A stretch of 32,000 nt of DNA from Geotalea uraniireducens Rf4 (GTDB lineage: Bacteria; Desulfobacterota; Desulfuromonadia; Geobacterales; Geobacteraceae). The notes below the pieces were generated by a model. It did no database searches, was not told the DNA's origin, and was given only the letters and a program-made list of their open reading frames with translations. Position 1 is the first letter of the stretch; the number at the start of each line of letters is the position of its first letter. The DNA lies in assembly GCF_000016745.1 (NCBI RefSeq), contig NC_009483.1:2070001-2102000 (forward strand), written 5' to 3'. A program made the translations under genes and the position numbers. Shown here one piece after another: positions 1 to 11,147 of the stretch.

Positions 1-1176
1 TTACCCTATGATGTGATGAGCACTGAGGAAGCCGTGCAGATGGCGGCCGGGAACCCTTACAGCTTCCTTCATATTTCCCGGCCTGAAATCGACCTTCCGG
101 CCGCCGTAGATATTCATTCCGAACCGGTCTACGTCCAGGGGCGGGCAAATCTGGCTCGGTTCATGGGTGAAGGAATTCTGACTCAGGGTGAGAGGGAGTG
201 CTACTATGTCTATCGTCAGAAAATGGGAGGCATAACTCAGACCGGCCTGGTGGTCTGCGCCGGTGTTGATGATTACCAGGGGGGCACCATAAAAAAACAC
301 GAGCTTACCCGCGCCGACAAGGAAGAGGACCGGGTAAAGCATATCGATTACCTGGACGCCAATGACGAGCCGGTCTTTTATACCTATAAGAATGACCCGA
401 CCATTACCGCCCTTATTGCGGAAACAACCACCGGCGCTCCGGTGTATGACTTCACCACTGATGACGGGGTTTCCCACACCCTCTGGCTGGTTGCGGAACA
501 GGAGAGAATAGAGCAGCTTACCAGCCGTTTTGCCGCGATACCGACCCTTTACGTGGCGGACGGCCACCACCGCAGCGCAGCAGCGAGCAGGGTGAGGGAC
601 CTGAGGAAGGCGCAGAACCCGGCCCATACCGGCAACGAGGAGTACAATTATTTCCTCACGGTTATTTTTCCTGACAATGAAATGAACATCATGCCTTACA
701 ACCGTGTGGTAAAAGACCTCAATGGCCTGAGCATCACCGAGTTCATGGCCCGGGTGGGGGAAAAATTCGACATCAGCCCTTTGAGCGCCCCACTGAAGCC
801 TGAGCGCCGCCATCAGTTCGGCATGTATCTGGGTGGCAAGTGGTATGAATTGCTGGCGAAAGAAGGATCCTTCCTGGAGAGCGATGCCGTTGCCCGGCTC
901 GATGTCTCCATTTTACAGGATAACCTCCTCAGCCCGATCCTGGGGGTGCGCAATCCGCGCACTGACCAGCGTATCCATTTTGTCGGCGGCATACGCGGGC
1001 TGGACGAGCTGGTGCGAATGGTGAACAGCGGCGAGCACGAAGTGGCGTTCGCCCTTTATCCCACCTCCATAAAAGAGTTGATGGAATTGGCCGATGCGGA
1101 TAAGATCATGCCTCCCAAGTCCACCTGGTTCGAGCCAAAGCTCCGCAGCGGCTTGTTTGTCCATTTGTTGAAGTGA
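1..1176 (+). CDS. DUF1015 family protein, 5' end outside the window
   Basis: Frame 1 is open from the window edge. The first codons read [11 protein letters not shown], which fits the conserved PPYDV-type N-terminal motif of DUF1015 proteins. An [10 protein letters not shown] motif follows. Stop TGA at 1174-1176. The track ORF 13..1176 begins at an internal GTG. Confidence 0.75.
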   Translation, partial: LPYDVMSTEEAVQMAAGNPYSFLHISRPEIDLPAAVDIHSEPVYVQGRANLARFMGEGILTQGERECYYVYRQKMGGITQTGLVVCAGVDDYQGGTIKKHELTRADKEEDRVKHIDYLDANDEPVFYTYKNDPTITALIAETTTGAPVYDFTTDDGVSHTLWLVAEQERIEQLTSRFAAIPTLYVADGHHRSAAASRVRDLRKAQNPAHTGNEEYNYFLTVIFPDNEMNIMPYNRVVKDLNGLSITEFMARVGEKFDISPLSAPLKPERRHQFGMYLGGKWYELLAKEGSFLESDAVARLDVSILQDNLLSPILGVRNPRTDQRIHFVGGIRGLDELVRMVNSGEHEVAFALYPTSIKELMELADADKIMPPKSTWFEPKLRSGLFVHLLK

Positions 1177-1270
1177 TAGAGGCGGTCGATGGTAGATGGT
1201 CGATGGTCGATGGTCGATGGTCGATTTTGAAGCCTCTATCGACCATCGACCATCGACTATCCACCGATTT
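1177..1270. repeat. Heptamer tandem repeat palindrome: (GGTCGAT)x6 followed by about 4 copies of its complement (TCGACCA)
   Basis: Read directly: tagaggc + GGTCGAT GGTAGAT GGTCGAT x4 (1184-1225) + tttgaa + gcctcta + TCGACCA TCGACCA TCGACTA TCCACCG (1239-1266). The two halves can pair over about 28 bp with a 12-nt loop. Confidence 0.9.
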
Positions 1271-1286
1271 AAATAGGAGGAGTAAG

Positions 1287-1754
1287 ATGCGTAACGTGGA
1301 AAGACTGATAGTATTGTTGTTGTTGCTGGTGGCGATTGCCATCCCTGCCTGTGCGCAGAAGGAAACCAAGGCTGTCGCGGAGAAAAAGGGAGAGCCCGCC
1401 GCTGCCGCCAATACGGTGAAAACCCCTTCAGGCCTTGCCTATGTGGATCTAGTCCCGGGTAGCGGTGCGTCTCCGGTTTCTGGTAAGCAGGTGAAGGTGC
1501 ACTACACCGGTTGGCTGGAGAACGGCACCAAGTTTGACAGTTCGGTCGATCGTGGCGAGCCGTTTGTCTTTACCATCGGCGCAGGCCAGGTCATTCCCGG
1601 TTGGGACGAAGGTGTCATGTCCATGAAGGTCGGCGGCAAGCGCAAGCTGATCATCCCTTCGCAGCTTGGTTATGGGGCGGCCGGGGCGGGCGGGGAGATT
1701 CCCCCCAATGCAACCCTGATTTTCGAGGTTGAGCTGCTGGACGTGGCGAAGTAA
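1287..1754 (+). CDS. FKBP-type peptidyl-prolyl cis-trans isomerase, probable lipoprotein
   Basis: ATG at 1287 preceded by AGGAGG (1275-1280). Signal peptide with lipobox (LVAIAIPAC). Classic FKBP core [18 protein letters not shown]...[10 protein letters not shown]...[15 protein letters not shown]...[16 protein letters not shown]. The track start 1173 would translate the repeat, so I reject it. Confidence 0.9.
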   Translation: MRNVERLIVLLLLLVAIAIPACAQKETKAVAEKKGEPAAAANTVKTPSGLAYVDLVPGSGASPVSGKQVKVHYTGWLENGTKFDSSVDRGEPFVFTIGAGQVIPGWDEGVMSMKVGGKRKLIIPSQLGYGAAGAGGEIPPNATLIFEVELLDVAK

Positions 1755-1824
1755 CTGGGAGCTCGGGAACTCGGGTTTTGCTGATCCCCGATCCCAGATC
1801 CCTGTTTTTGATCCCTGATCCCCG
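1755..1824. repeat. Imperfect GGGA/TCCC-block palindrome plus direct GATCCC(C/T) repeats; terminator-like
   Basis: ctGGGAgctcGGGAactCGGG (1755-1775) can pair with CCCCGaTCCCagaTCCCtg (1786-1804) in three 4-5 bp blocks, followed by T5 (1805-1809). A further GATCCCTGATCCCCG copy lies at 1810-1824. Confidence 0.6.
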
Positions 1825-1852
1825 TTCGCAAGCTCTATTACCGGGAGGCGCA

Positions 1853-2830
1853 ATGCGCTTTTTTCTTGCCTTGTGTTTTGTCTGCTTGCCGGCGGTTTCG
1901 GCCCTGGCAGCGGACAAAACCGTTACCCTCTATCTGGACGGCGCCAGGGTCGAGCGCAACATGACTGCGACGAAAGGATATCTTGAGGTAGCCCTTCCTG
2001 CGGATATGCAGGGTGATTCGCTCAGGATCAAGCCGCTTGGCAGGACATTCATCGACCGGGTGGAGATTGTTGCGGCCCCATCAAACCCGAAGCGGGCCAA
2101 AGAGCTGGCCCGACTGGCAGAGCGTAAGGATCAGCTGGAAGACCGGCTGAAGGCCCTCGCTACCCGCGAAGAGATATTTACCGCAGCGGCCAAGTCCCAG
2201 AGTGGCAAGGCGCCGCGCAAAAGCAAGAGTAATCCCGAACCGCTGGCGGCCATCCGCCAGGGGACCGACTTTGCCATTGCCCAGCTGGAAACGGTTTATC
2301 ATGCCAGGCGCAAGGCTGAAAAAGAGTTGAAGTCGGTTGAAAATCGATTGGAGATTGAAAAAAAGGCCGGCAATATCGGCGGCAGTGTCGCCAGGATATG
2401 GCTGAAGGGAAAAAGCGGCAGGGTGGGCATCTCGTACCTGGTCAGCGACCTTCGCTGGATACCCAGCTATGATTTCAGGCTGAGCGGGGAGGGGGAAGCG
2501 GAGGTATCCCAGCGGGCATCTCTCCCTTTGCTCCCCAAGGGTGCGACCATAGCGGTAGTCCCGACTGTTTTGGCCGAGGCAGCGACAATGGCGCCGGTGG
2601 TTGTCGGAGTGGAGCCCTTGCCACCCATTGCCGCTTATGAGTTCCCGGTTGAAAAGGGACAGTTCAGTGCCTCTCCCCAACCGTACTTTTCCTTTTCCTG
2701 CCGGAACAACTCTCAGCAGAAGCTTCCCGCCGGGGAGGCCGCCTGCTACCTGGGCGGAGAATATCTGGGAAAAATACGGTTTCAAGGGCTGGCGCCGGGT
2801 GAGACAGGGGCGTTTGTCTGCGGCCGATAG
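1853..2830 (+). CDS. Secreted DUF4140/DUF4139-like (MuiA-like) protein with central coiled coil
   Basis: ATG at 1853 after GGGAGG (1843-1848). Signal peptide MRFFLALCFVCLPAVSALA. The N-terminal VTLYLDGARVER...GDSLRI and the later DLRWIPSYDFRL resemble the DUF4140/DUF4139 signatures. Family assignment is from memory. Confidence 0.6.
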   Translation: MRFFLALCFVCLPAVSALAADKTVTLYLDGARVERNMTATKGYLEVALPADMQGDSLRIKPLGRTFIDRVEIVAAPSNPKRAKELARLAERKDQLEDRLKALATREEIFTAAAKSQSGKAPRKSKSNPEPLAAIRQGTDFAIAQLETVYHARRKAEKELKSVENRLEIEKKAGNIGGSVARIWLKGKSGRVGISYLVSDLRWIPSYDFRLSGEGEAEVSQRASLPLLPKGATIAVVPTVLAEAATMAPVVVGVEPLPPIAAYEFPVEKGQFSASPQPYFSFSCRNNSQQKLPAGEAACYLGGEYLGKIRFQGLAPGETGAFVCGR

Positions 2831-2870
2831 ACGGATGAATCTTATTAAATAGAAATACAGGAGCGGTTTC

Positions 2871-4124
2871 ATGGGAAAAACAGGACAACACGTATTGTAT
2901 ATGATTGCAGGTTTATTGATGCTGGCTCTGTTTGCCGGCTGCGGTGACAGTACCTCCACACCCACCGTCCCGGCGACGGCGACGATCTTTTATGCCCACA
3001 GCCTGGCATTCAGGAACAGCACCACCATGGCCTGGGGGTACAACGGTTTTGGCCAGCTCGGTGACGTGTCGTTGAATAACAGTGCTTCGCCTGTTAAAGT
3101 CTCGGGCCTTGTCGGGGCGAAGGGTGTTGCCATCGGCGCCGACCATTCGCTGGCCTTCTTCAACAACAGCACGGTCCGGGCCTGGGGGTATAACGGCTTC
3201 GGCCAGTTGGGGAACGGGACAACCACTTACAGTAACATACCTGTGCCGGTGAAGACTCTGATCGGTACCGCTTCATCGATAAACCTTACCGGTGTCACTG
3301 CAGTTGCAGCGGGAGGATTTCACTCCCTCGCCCTCAAGAACGGCACGGTCTGGTCCTGGGGAGAAAACACGAACGGCCAGCTGGGGAGGAACGTCACCGA
3401 TACCAGCCCCCTCATTGCCGGGCAGGTTATGACAGACCCGCCGAATGGAATCGGACTTACTTCAATAACCCGAATTGCTGCCGGCGGGAGCCACAGCCTT
3501 GCCCTGGACAGCAGTGGCGCGGTCTGGGCCTGGGGGTATAACGGTTATGGTCAGCTGGGAGACGGGTCCTTGGTCGATAAGAAATTGCCGGTGAAATTGA
3601 CCGGTATTACGGTGCCGGTTGTTGCGATAGCTGCCGGCGGCGCCTTCAGTGTGGCAGTCGATAATAACGGCGCAGTCTGGGCCTGGGGGTACAATGGTTT
3701 CGGCCAGCTGGGCAACAAATCCACAACCGACAGTAATGTGCCGGTGCAGGTCGTCTTGGAGGATGGGACCCCTCTCCCCAACATAAAAGCGATTGCCGCC
3801 GGACTCGACCACGTGCTGGCGCTCGACAGTAACGGTGCCATCTGGGCCTGGGGATACAACGGGCTGGGGCAGCTGGGAAACAATACGACCATCAATAGCT
3901 CCACCCCTGTCCAAGTTCCGGCTTTTACTGCTGCGTTGATCGACTCCCCCTTTACCGTCGATGGCGTCAACCCAATCCTTGCCGCCGGCCATCATACCCT
4001 GGCGCGTAAAGCCGACGGAACGCTCTGGGCGTGGGGCGACAACGCCTACGGCCAACTGGGATTTGCCCCGCCGTCAAATCTCGAAACCTTCATAACCGCC
4101 CCGCGACCGATAGACGGCATGTAG
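2871..4124 (+). CDS. RCC1-repeat (beta-propeller) lipoprotein
   Basis: RBS CAGGAG (2858-2863). Lipobox LALFAGC. About seven repeats of the RCC1 signature (AWGYNGFGQLG / SWGENTNGQLG / AWGDNAYGQLG), each followed by A(A)GxxHSLAL. Confidence 0.85.
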   Translation: MGKTGQHVLYMIAGLLMLALFAGCGDSTSTPTVPATATIFYAHSLAFRNSTTMAWGYNGFGQLGDVSLNNSASPVKVSGLVGAKGVAIGADHSLAFFNNSTVRAWGYNGFGQLGNGTTTYSNIPVPVKTLIGTASSINLTGVTAVAAGGFHSLALKNGTVWSWGENTNGQLGRNVTDTSPLIAGQVMTDPPNGIGLTSITRIAAGGSHSLALDSSGAVWAWGYNGYGQLGDGSLVDKKLPVKLTGITVPVVAIAAGGAFSVAVDNNGAVWAWGYNGFGQLGNKSTTDSNVPVQVVLEDGTPLPNIKAIAAGLDHVLALDSNGAIWAWGYNGLGQLGNNTTINSSTPVQVPAFTAALIDSPFTVDGVNPILAAGHHTLARKADGTLWAWGDNAYGQLGFAPPSNLETFITAPRPIDGM

Positions 4125-4151
4125 CAGCCGGCAGCATGATCTGACCTTTTG

Positions 4152-4185
4152 AAGTCCCCCTTGTTTCCAAGGGGGACTTTTTTTG
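4152..4185 (+). terminator. Rho-independent terminator
   Basis: aagtccccctt (4152-4162) / aagggggactt (4169-4179) form an 11-bp stem with a 6-nt loop and run into a T tract (4178-4185). Confidence 0.85.
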
Positions 4186-4251
4186 TCTGCACTCCTTAAG
4201 TTTCCTCCGCGACTGTCGATATGAAAATTAATGCCACTAGAGGTGAATGCC

Positions 4252-5148
4252 ATGCGACGGTTAACGAAAAAACTCAATCACAGAACGATCTGCACAATCG
4301 TGCTGATGGCAACCGGAAGTCTTCTCTGGTGGTGTCTGTCCGGTTATCTCGGCGGAGCACGACTGCAGGTTGCGCTCTTGATAGCTGCAGGGATGGTTCC
4401 CCTGTTTTTCGTTTTTACCCGTCTGGAACGCATCGCAACCATGCGCCTCGTGGAAAAAAACTGGGCACTGGCCGGTGAAAACGTCCGATTGATGGAGTCG
4501 CTCGACGAAATAGAGGAGCGGTTCGTTGTTTCACTCAGATCCATAGCCGAAACTGTTGACGCCCATGACGTTTATGCAAACGGCCATTCGAAGCGTGTTG
4601 CCAATGTGGCGGTGAAAATCGGCAAGAAGCTGAATATGTCGGAAAAAGAATTGAATTCTTTGGAAACTGCCGCATTGTTTCACGATATCGGCATGATCTG
4701 GGTGCCGCACTATATACTGATGAAGGAACAGCCGCTGACTGCGGATGAACAGGCAGCGATCAGGAGGCACACGGTTCAGGGCGCCGAATTGCTTGACTCC
4801 GCCAAGTCTCTGAAAGATGAGGGGATTGCCGTTCTTCACCATCACGAAAGATTCGACGGCACCGGTTATCCTTACGGTCTTAAAGGGCTTGCCATCCCTC
4901 TGGCTGCCAGAGTTCTCGCCGTTGCCGATGCGTTCGATGCCATGACATCGGAGCGCCCTTACCGTTGTGCGCTGCTCATGCGTGAAGCCCTTGAAGAGCT
5001 TTATTCAAACGCGGGGGGGCAGTTTGATCCGCATGTTGTGGAAGCTTTCCTTAATGCACTGGATGACATTACCCGTGAGAATGAAACGGTAAGGCCGGAA
5101 ACTATGCGATTCGGAGCCCGATTGTACAGCATGGTCGGCAACTGTTGA
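4252..5148 (+). CDS. Membrane-anchored HD-GYP domain cyclic-dinucleotide phosphodiesterase
   Basis: ATG at 4252 with GAGGTG 6 nt upstream. Two N-terminal hydrophobic segments. HD motif (ALFHDIGM) and HHERFDGTGYPYGL (HD-GYP signature). Confidence 0.85.
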   Translation: MRRLTKKLNHRTICTIVLMATGSLLWWCLSGYLGGARLQVALLIAAGMVPLFFVFTRLERIATMRLVEKNWALAGENVRLMESLDEIEERFVVSLRSIAETVDAHDVYANGHSKRVANVAVKIGKKLNMSEKELNSLETAALFHDIGMIWVPHYILMKEQPLTADEQAAIRRHTVQGAELLDSAKSLKDEGIAVLHHHERFDGTGYPYGLKGLAIPLAARVLAVADAFDAMTSERPYRCALLMREALEELYSNAGGQFDPHVVEAFLNALDDITRENETVRPETMRFGARLYSMVGNC

Positions 5149-5187
5149 GAATGGATGAATCAATCTGTTTTTTTCCGAATTACTCTT

Positions 5188-5215
5188 GAGGCGTGCGATA
5201 CACGTCTCTTTTTTT
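5188..5215 (+). terminator. Rho-independent terminator
   Basis: gaggcgtg (5188-5195) / cacgtctc (5201-5208) form an 8-bp stem with one G-T wobble and a 5-nt loop, then T7 (5209-5215). Confidence 0.75.
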
Positions 5216-5277
5216 GTCTTTACTGTGATTCCTGGTTTGGTAATAAAATCTATCCCTTTTTCCCGCCTCCTTTTCTG

Positions 5278-5306
5278 TTGAGCAATTCTTGCCTTTATGG
5301 TAATTT
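5278..5306 (+). promoter_or_regulatory. Candidate sigma70 promoter for secA
   Basis: TTGAGC (5278-5283), 17-nt spacer, TAATTT (5301-5306) preceded by TGg (extended -10-like). Pattern match only. Confidence 0.35.
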
Positions 5307-5349
5307 AACCTGTTTTTAACTATTCATAATTATCGGGAGACTTAATCGG

Positions 5350-8034
<2,685 letters not shown>

Positions 8035-8092
8035 GGGAGGCCATACTGCGTTCAGCGTGCAACGTCGAACGCATGCCGCATAAGGAGCTGCC

Positions 8093-9274
8093 ATGAACAT
8101 AAAAGGATTCAAGTTCTCCGCCGTAGAGGCGGCCGTAAAGAAGCCGGGAAGGCTGGACCTGGGGTTGATCTTTTCTGAAGTGCCGGCGGCTGTGGCCGGG
8201 GTCTTCACCACCAATAAGGTCAAGGCTGCTCCGGTCCTTTTGGGTATGGAGCGGATGAAGAACGGCCTCTGCCAAGCTGTTGTGGTGAACAGCGGCAACG
8301 CCAACGCCTGCACCGGCCCGCAAGGGATCGAGGATGCCAGGGAGACTGCGCGGCTGGTGGCCGAAGGTTTGGGCATTCCAGACGAGGCCGTGCAGGTGTC
8401 GTCAACCGGCGTCATCGGTCAGCCGCTCCCCATGGAGAGGTTGAGACGGGCCATACCCGCCCTCATCGAAGGACTTGGAACCGGTACCTTTGATGATGTT
8501 GCCCGGGCCATCATGACCACTGACACCTTTCCCAAGATTGAGGCGCGGAACGGCGTAGCGGGCGGGATTCCATATTCCATCGCCGGTATTGCCAAGGGGG
8601 CCGGGATGATCATGCCCAATATGGCCACCATGCTCGCCTTTATCGTTACCGATGCTGCGGTGGAGCCTGCCTGGCTGAAAAAGGTGTTCAAGGAAGCAAA
8701 CGATGCGTCCTTCAATGTCATATCCGTGGATGGCGACACCTCCACCAACGACACGGCCCTGATCATGGCCAACGGCATGGCCGGCAACCCGCAGATCAAG
8801 GCAGGGACGCCGGACGCCGACTCGTTTGTACTGCATTTAAGGGATGTTCTCCTTGCACTGGCCAAGCAGATCGTGAAAGACGGCGAGGGGGCCACCAAGT
8901 TGGTTGAGATCACGATCAAGGGAGCCCGCTCCGGTGCAGATGCAAAGCGGGCTGCCATGGCGGTTGCCAATTCCCTGCTGGTCAAGACTGCGTTTTTCGG
9001 CCAGGACGCCAATTGGGGAAGGATTCTTGCGGCTGTCGGCTATTCCGGTGCGGAGGTCGATCCCGACAAAGCCGAACTGTTCTTTGATGATGTGCAGATG
9101 GTTAAAAATGGTATTTTTGCCGGAGGAGATGCCGAAGCCCGCGGTACAGAGGTTTTGCGGAAGAAGGAGTTTGCCGTGACGGTGAACCTGAAGCTGGGGG
9201 AGGGGATCTCCACCGTCTACACGAGCGATCTGTCCTACGATTATGTGAAGATAAATGCCGATTACCGTACTTGA
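8093..9274 (+). CDS. argJ: Bifunctional glutamate N-acetyltransferase / amino-acid acetyltransferase ArgJ
   Basis: 393 aa. RBS AAGGAG. ArgJ autoprocessing region PNMATMLAFIVTDA. Family-typical C-terminus DLSYDYVKINADYRT. Confidence 0.95.
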   Translation: MNIKGFKFSAVEAAVKKPGRLDLGLIFSEVPAAVAGVFTTNKVKAAPVLLGMERMKNGLCQAVVVNSGNANACTGPQGIEDARETARLVAEGLGIPDEAVQVSSTGVIGQPLPMERLRRAIPALIEGLGTGTFDDVARAIMTTDTFPKIEARNGVAGGIPYSIAGIAKGAGMIMPNMATMLAFIVTDAAVEPAWLKKVFKEANDASFNVISVDGDTSTNDTALIMANGMAGNPQIKAGTPDADSFVLHLRDVLLALAKQIVKDGEGATKLVEITIKGARSGADAKRAAMAVANSLLVKTAFFGQDANWGRILAAVGYSGAEVDPDKAELFFDDVQMVKNGIFAGGDAEARGTEVLRKKEFAVTVNLKLGEGISTVYTSDLSYDYVKINADYRT

Positions 9275-9330
9275 AGTGATGTCGTGAAATAGTGGTTAAT
9301 AACCTTCTGCATACGGATTCCGGAGGCTGT

Positions 9331-9744
9331 ATGAGGGTGCGAAAATTATTGTTGCTTGCTGGTTTGCTTGTCCTGACAAACTGTTTTTTCAGCGTATGTG
9401 CCACGGCTGATGCGGGGGCGCTGAAAATAACTGAAATGGCGGTTACCACGAAGATCGTCAAGGGGAACCCGATAGACTCGGTGCGACGCATTTCATCGAC
9501 TTCGGTTAAGGCGCTCTACTGTTTTACCAGGCTTTCTGCCTCCAAGGATGAAGATACCACCATCAAGCACGTCTGGTATAAAAATGATGAGGTTGTCGGC
9601 GAGTATGAACTTCCTGTAAAGGGTCAACACTGGCGGACTTACAGCAGGAAGCAGGTGGAGAAGGTTGCTGCAGGGGATTGGCGCGTTGAGGTTCTGGACA
9701 GTGAAGGGAATCTCCTTAAGACAGTGAAATTCAGGATGAATTAG
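9331..9744 (+). CDS. Secreted DUF2914-like protein
   Basis: ATG at 9331 after GGAGG (9322-9326). Signal peptide MRVRKLLLLAGLLVLTNCFF. C-terminal pattern HVWYKNDEVV...HWRTYSRK...GDWRVEVLDSEGNLL resembles DUF2914. Family name is from memory. Confidence 0.55.
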   Translation: MRVRKLLLLAGLLVLTNCFFSVCATADAGALKITEMAVTTKIVKGNPIDSVRRISSTSVKALYCFTRLSASKDEDTTIKHVWYKNDEVVGEYELPVKGQHWRTYSRKQVEKVAAGDWRVEVLDSEGNLLKTVKFRMN

Positions 9745-9761
9745 TCCCTTAGAAAAATTAA

Positions 9762-11015
9762 TTGCATGTTTTTTGCGAAGAATTTTTCGTGAAGGGACTT
9801 ATCCCGTTCATCGGGGTTAGGACTGTGCGGGGAAAAGCAGTGTCGTTCGTAAAGTACCTCCATATTGGACTCCTGTTTTTTTTTGCATCATCGGTTTTTG
9901 CTGGTGATGTGCCGGTAACTCAAGTTGATCGCTTGACTAAAATTGACCAGTTGCTGACCGGTGCTATCTCGCAAGGTTTGATAGCAGGTGGTGTTGTGCT
10001 GATCGGCAATCACGCCGAAATCCTGTTCGAACGGGCGTACGGCAAGGTTTCCAGTGCAACCGATGCCCGGCCGATGACTGTAGATACAATATTCGATATT
10101 GCTTCTCTCACCAAGGTAATAGCCACGACGCCGGCAGTTCTCAAGCTGGCGGAAGAGGGGAAGCTCAGCCTGGTTGATCCCGTGGCTAAGTGGTACCCCG
10201 AATTCAACGGACAGATGAAGGATGACTTGCTGATGGTCAACCTTCTGACCCATACCTCCGGCCTCGATGATTTCCCCTTGTCTTCCCAGAACTCCCTGCA
10301 GTATGCCGTGAATGGTGCAGCCGCGCAAAAACTGAAAGGCGCGGTCGGGAGCCGCTTCAGGTATGCCGATATAAATTTCATCCTGCTTGCTGAGTCGGTT
10401 AAAAGAGTTATCGGCGTGGGGTTGGATCTGTATACAACCGCCTGTTTTTTCGCACCGTTGGGGATGAAGGATACTTCCTTCAACCCGTCAAGGGAGAGCA
10501 CATCCCGTTGCGCGGCCACTCTCAATACTGATAATTCCCTGCTGGTTGGACAGGTCCAGGATTATGAGGCCCGCCAGCTGGGCGGCGTTGCCGGTCATGC
10601 CGGGCTCTTCAGTACGGCCGGTGATCTGGCCAGGTTTTGTCGAATGCTTCTCAATGGCGGGGAATATGAAGGGAAACGGATACTTTCCGAGCGAACCGTG
10701 AACCAGATGACGGCACCCTACTTTTCCCGGGGAGGGAAGGTGGTTCGCGGTTTGGGATGGGATATTGATTCGCCTTATTCTTCTCCTCGCGGGAATGGTT
10801 TTTCCGAGGTGTCTTTCGGACATACCGGCTATTCGGGGTCTTCGGTTTGGATAGACCCGGCAAGCGACACCTTTGTCGTACTGCTTACCTCTCGTCTTGA
10901 GTACCGGAAAACCAAGGAATTCAGCCGTTTGCGCAGCGATCTGTCAACCCTCGCAGCCGCACTGTTTGCACCTCCTGTTGAAATACGAGAGCTAACGCGC
11001 CTCAATTATGAGTGA
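9762..11015 (+). CDS. Serine hydrolase / beta-lactamase-family (class C / PBP4*-like) protein
   Basis: SxxK motif (ASLTKV) and HTG motif (FGHTGYSGS). The start is uncertain. The track start 9762 is TTG. In-frame GTGs at 9825 and 9840 would give a cleaner signal peptide (VSFVKYLHIGLLFFFASSVFA). Confidence 0.8.
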   Translation: MHVFCEEFFVKGLIPFIGVRTVRGKAVSFVKYLHIGLLFFFASSVFAGDVPVTQVDRLTKIDQLLTGAISQGLIAGGVVLIGNHAEILFERAYGKVSSATDARPMTVDTIFDIASLTKVIATTPAVLKLAEEGKLSLVDPVAKWYPEFNGQMKDDLLMVNLLTHTSGLDDFPLSSQNSLQYAVNGAAAQKLKGAVGSRFRYADINFILLAESVKRVIGVGLDLYTTACFFAPLGMKDTSFNPSRESTSRCAATLNTDNSLLVGQVQDYEARQLGGVAGHAGLFSTAGDLARFCRMLLNGGEYEGKRILSERTVNQMTAPYFSRGGKVVRGLGWDIDSPYSSPRGNGFSEVSFGHTGYSGSSVWIDPASDTFVVLLTSRLEYRKTKEFSRLRSDLSTLAAALFAPPVEIRELTRLNYE

Positions 11016-11037
11016 CTAATATAGGCCGGCAAATAAC

Positions 11038-11066
11038 TTGACACGATATAGGCTTTGTGCTAGTTT
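11038..11066 (+). promoter_or_regulatory. Candidate sigma70 promoter for the response-regulator gene
   Basis: TTGACA (11038-11043), 17-nt spacer, TAGTTT (11061-11066). Pattern match only. Confidence 0.4.
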
Positions 11067-11147
11067 TTTCGCACTTGTTCACAGATTTATGAGAATCCGC
11101 CGGGCTGTGTCAGCCTTCTTTTCAACGTCCCATCAGAGGAGGGATAG

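Noticed and set aside
1-813. 270-aa minus-strand ORF at the window start
   Set aside because: It is antisense to the DUF1015 gene, which carries conserved family motifs. The minus-strand product has none.
1184-1266. Heptamer repeats as a possible CRISPR array or coding repeat
   Set aside because: The units are 7 nt with no spacers, and the two halves are mutually complementary. This is a palindromic simple repeat, not a CRISPR array.
1173-1286. N-terminal extension of the FKBP ORF (track start 1173)
   Set aside because: It would translate the heptamer repeat as MVDGRWS repeats. A strong AGGAGG-ATG with a lipoprotein signal peptide at 1287 is the sensible start.
2081-2965. 294-aa minus-strand ORF
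   Set aside because: It is antisense to the signal-peptide-bearing DUF4139-like gene and to the RCC1 gene start. It has no RBS or motif support.
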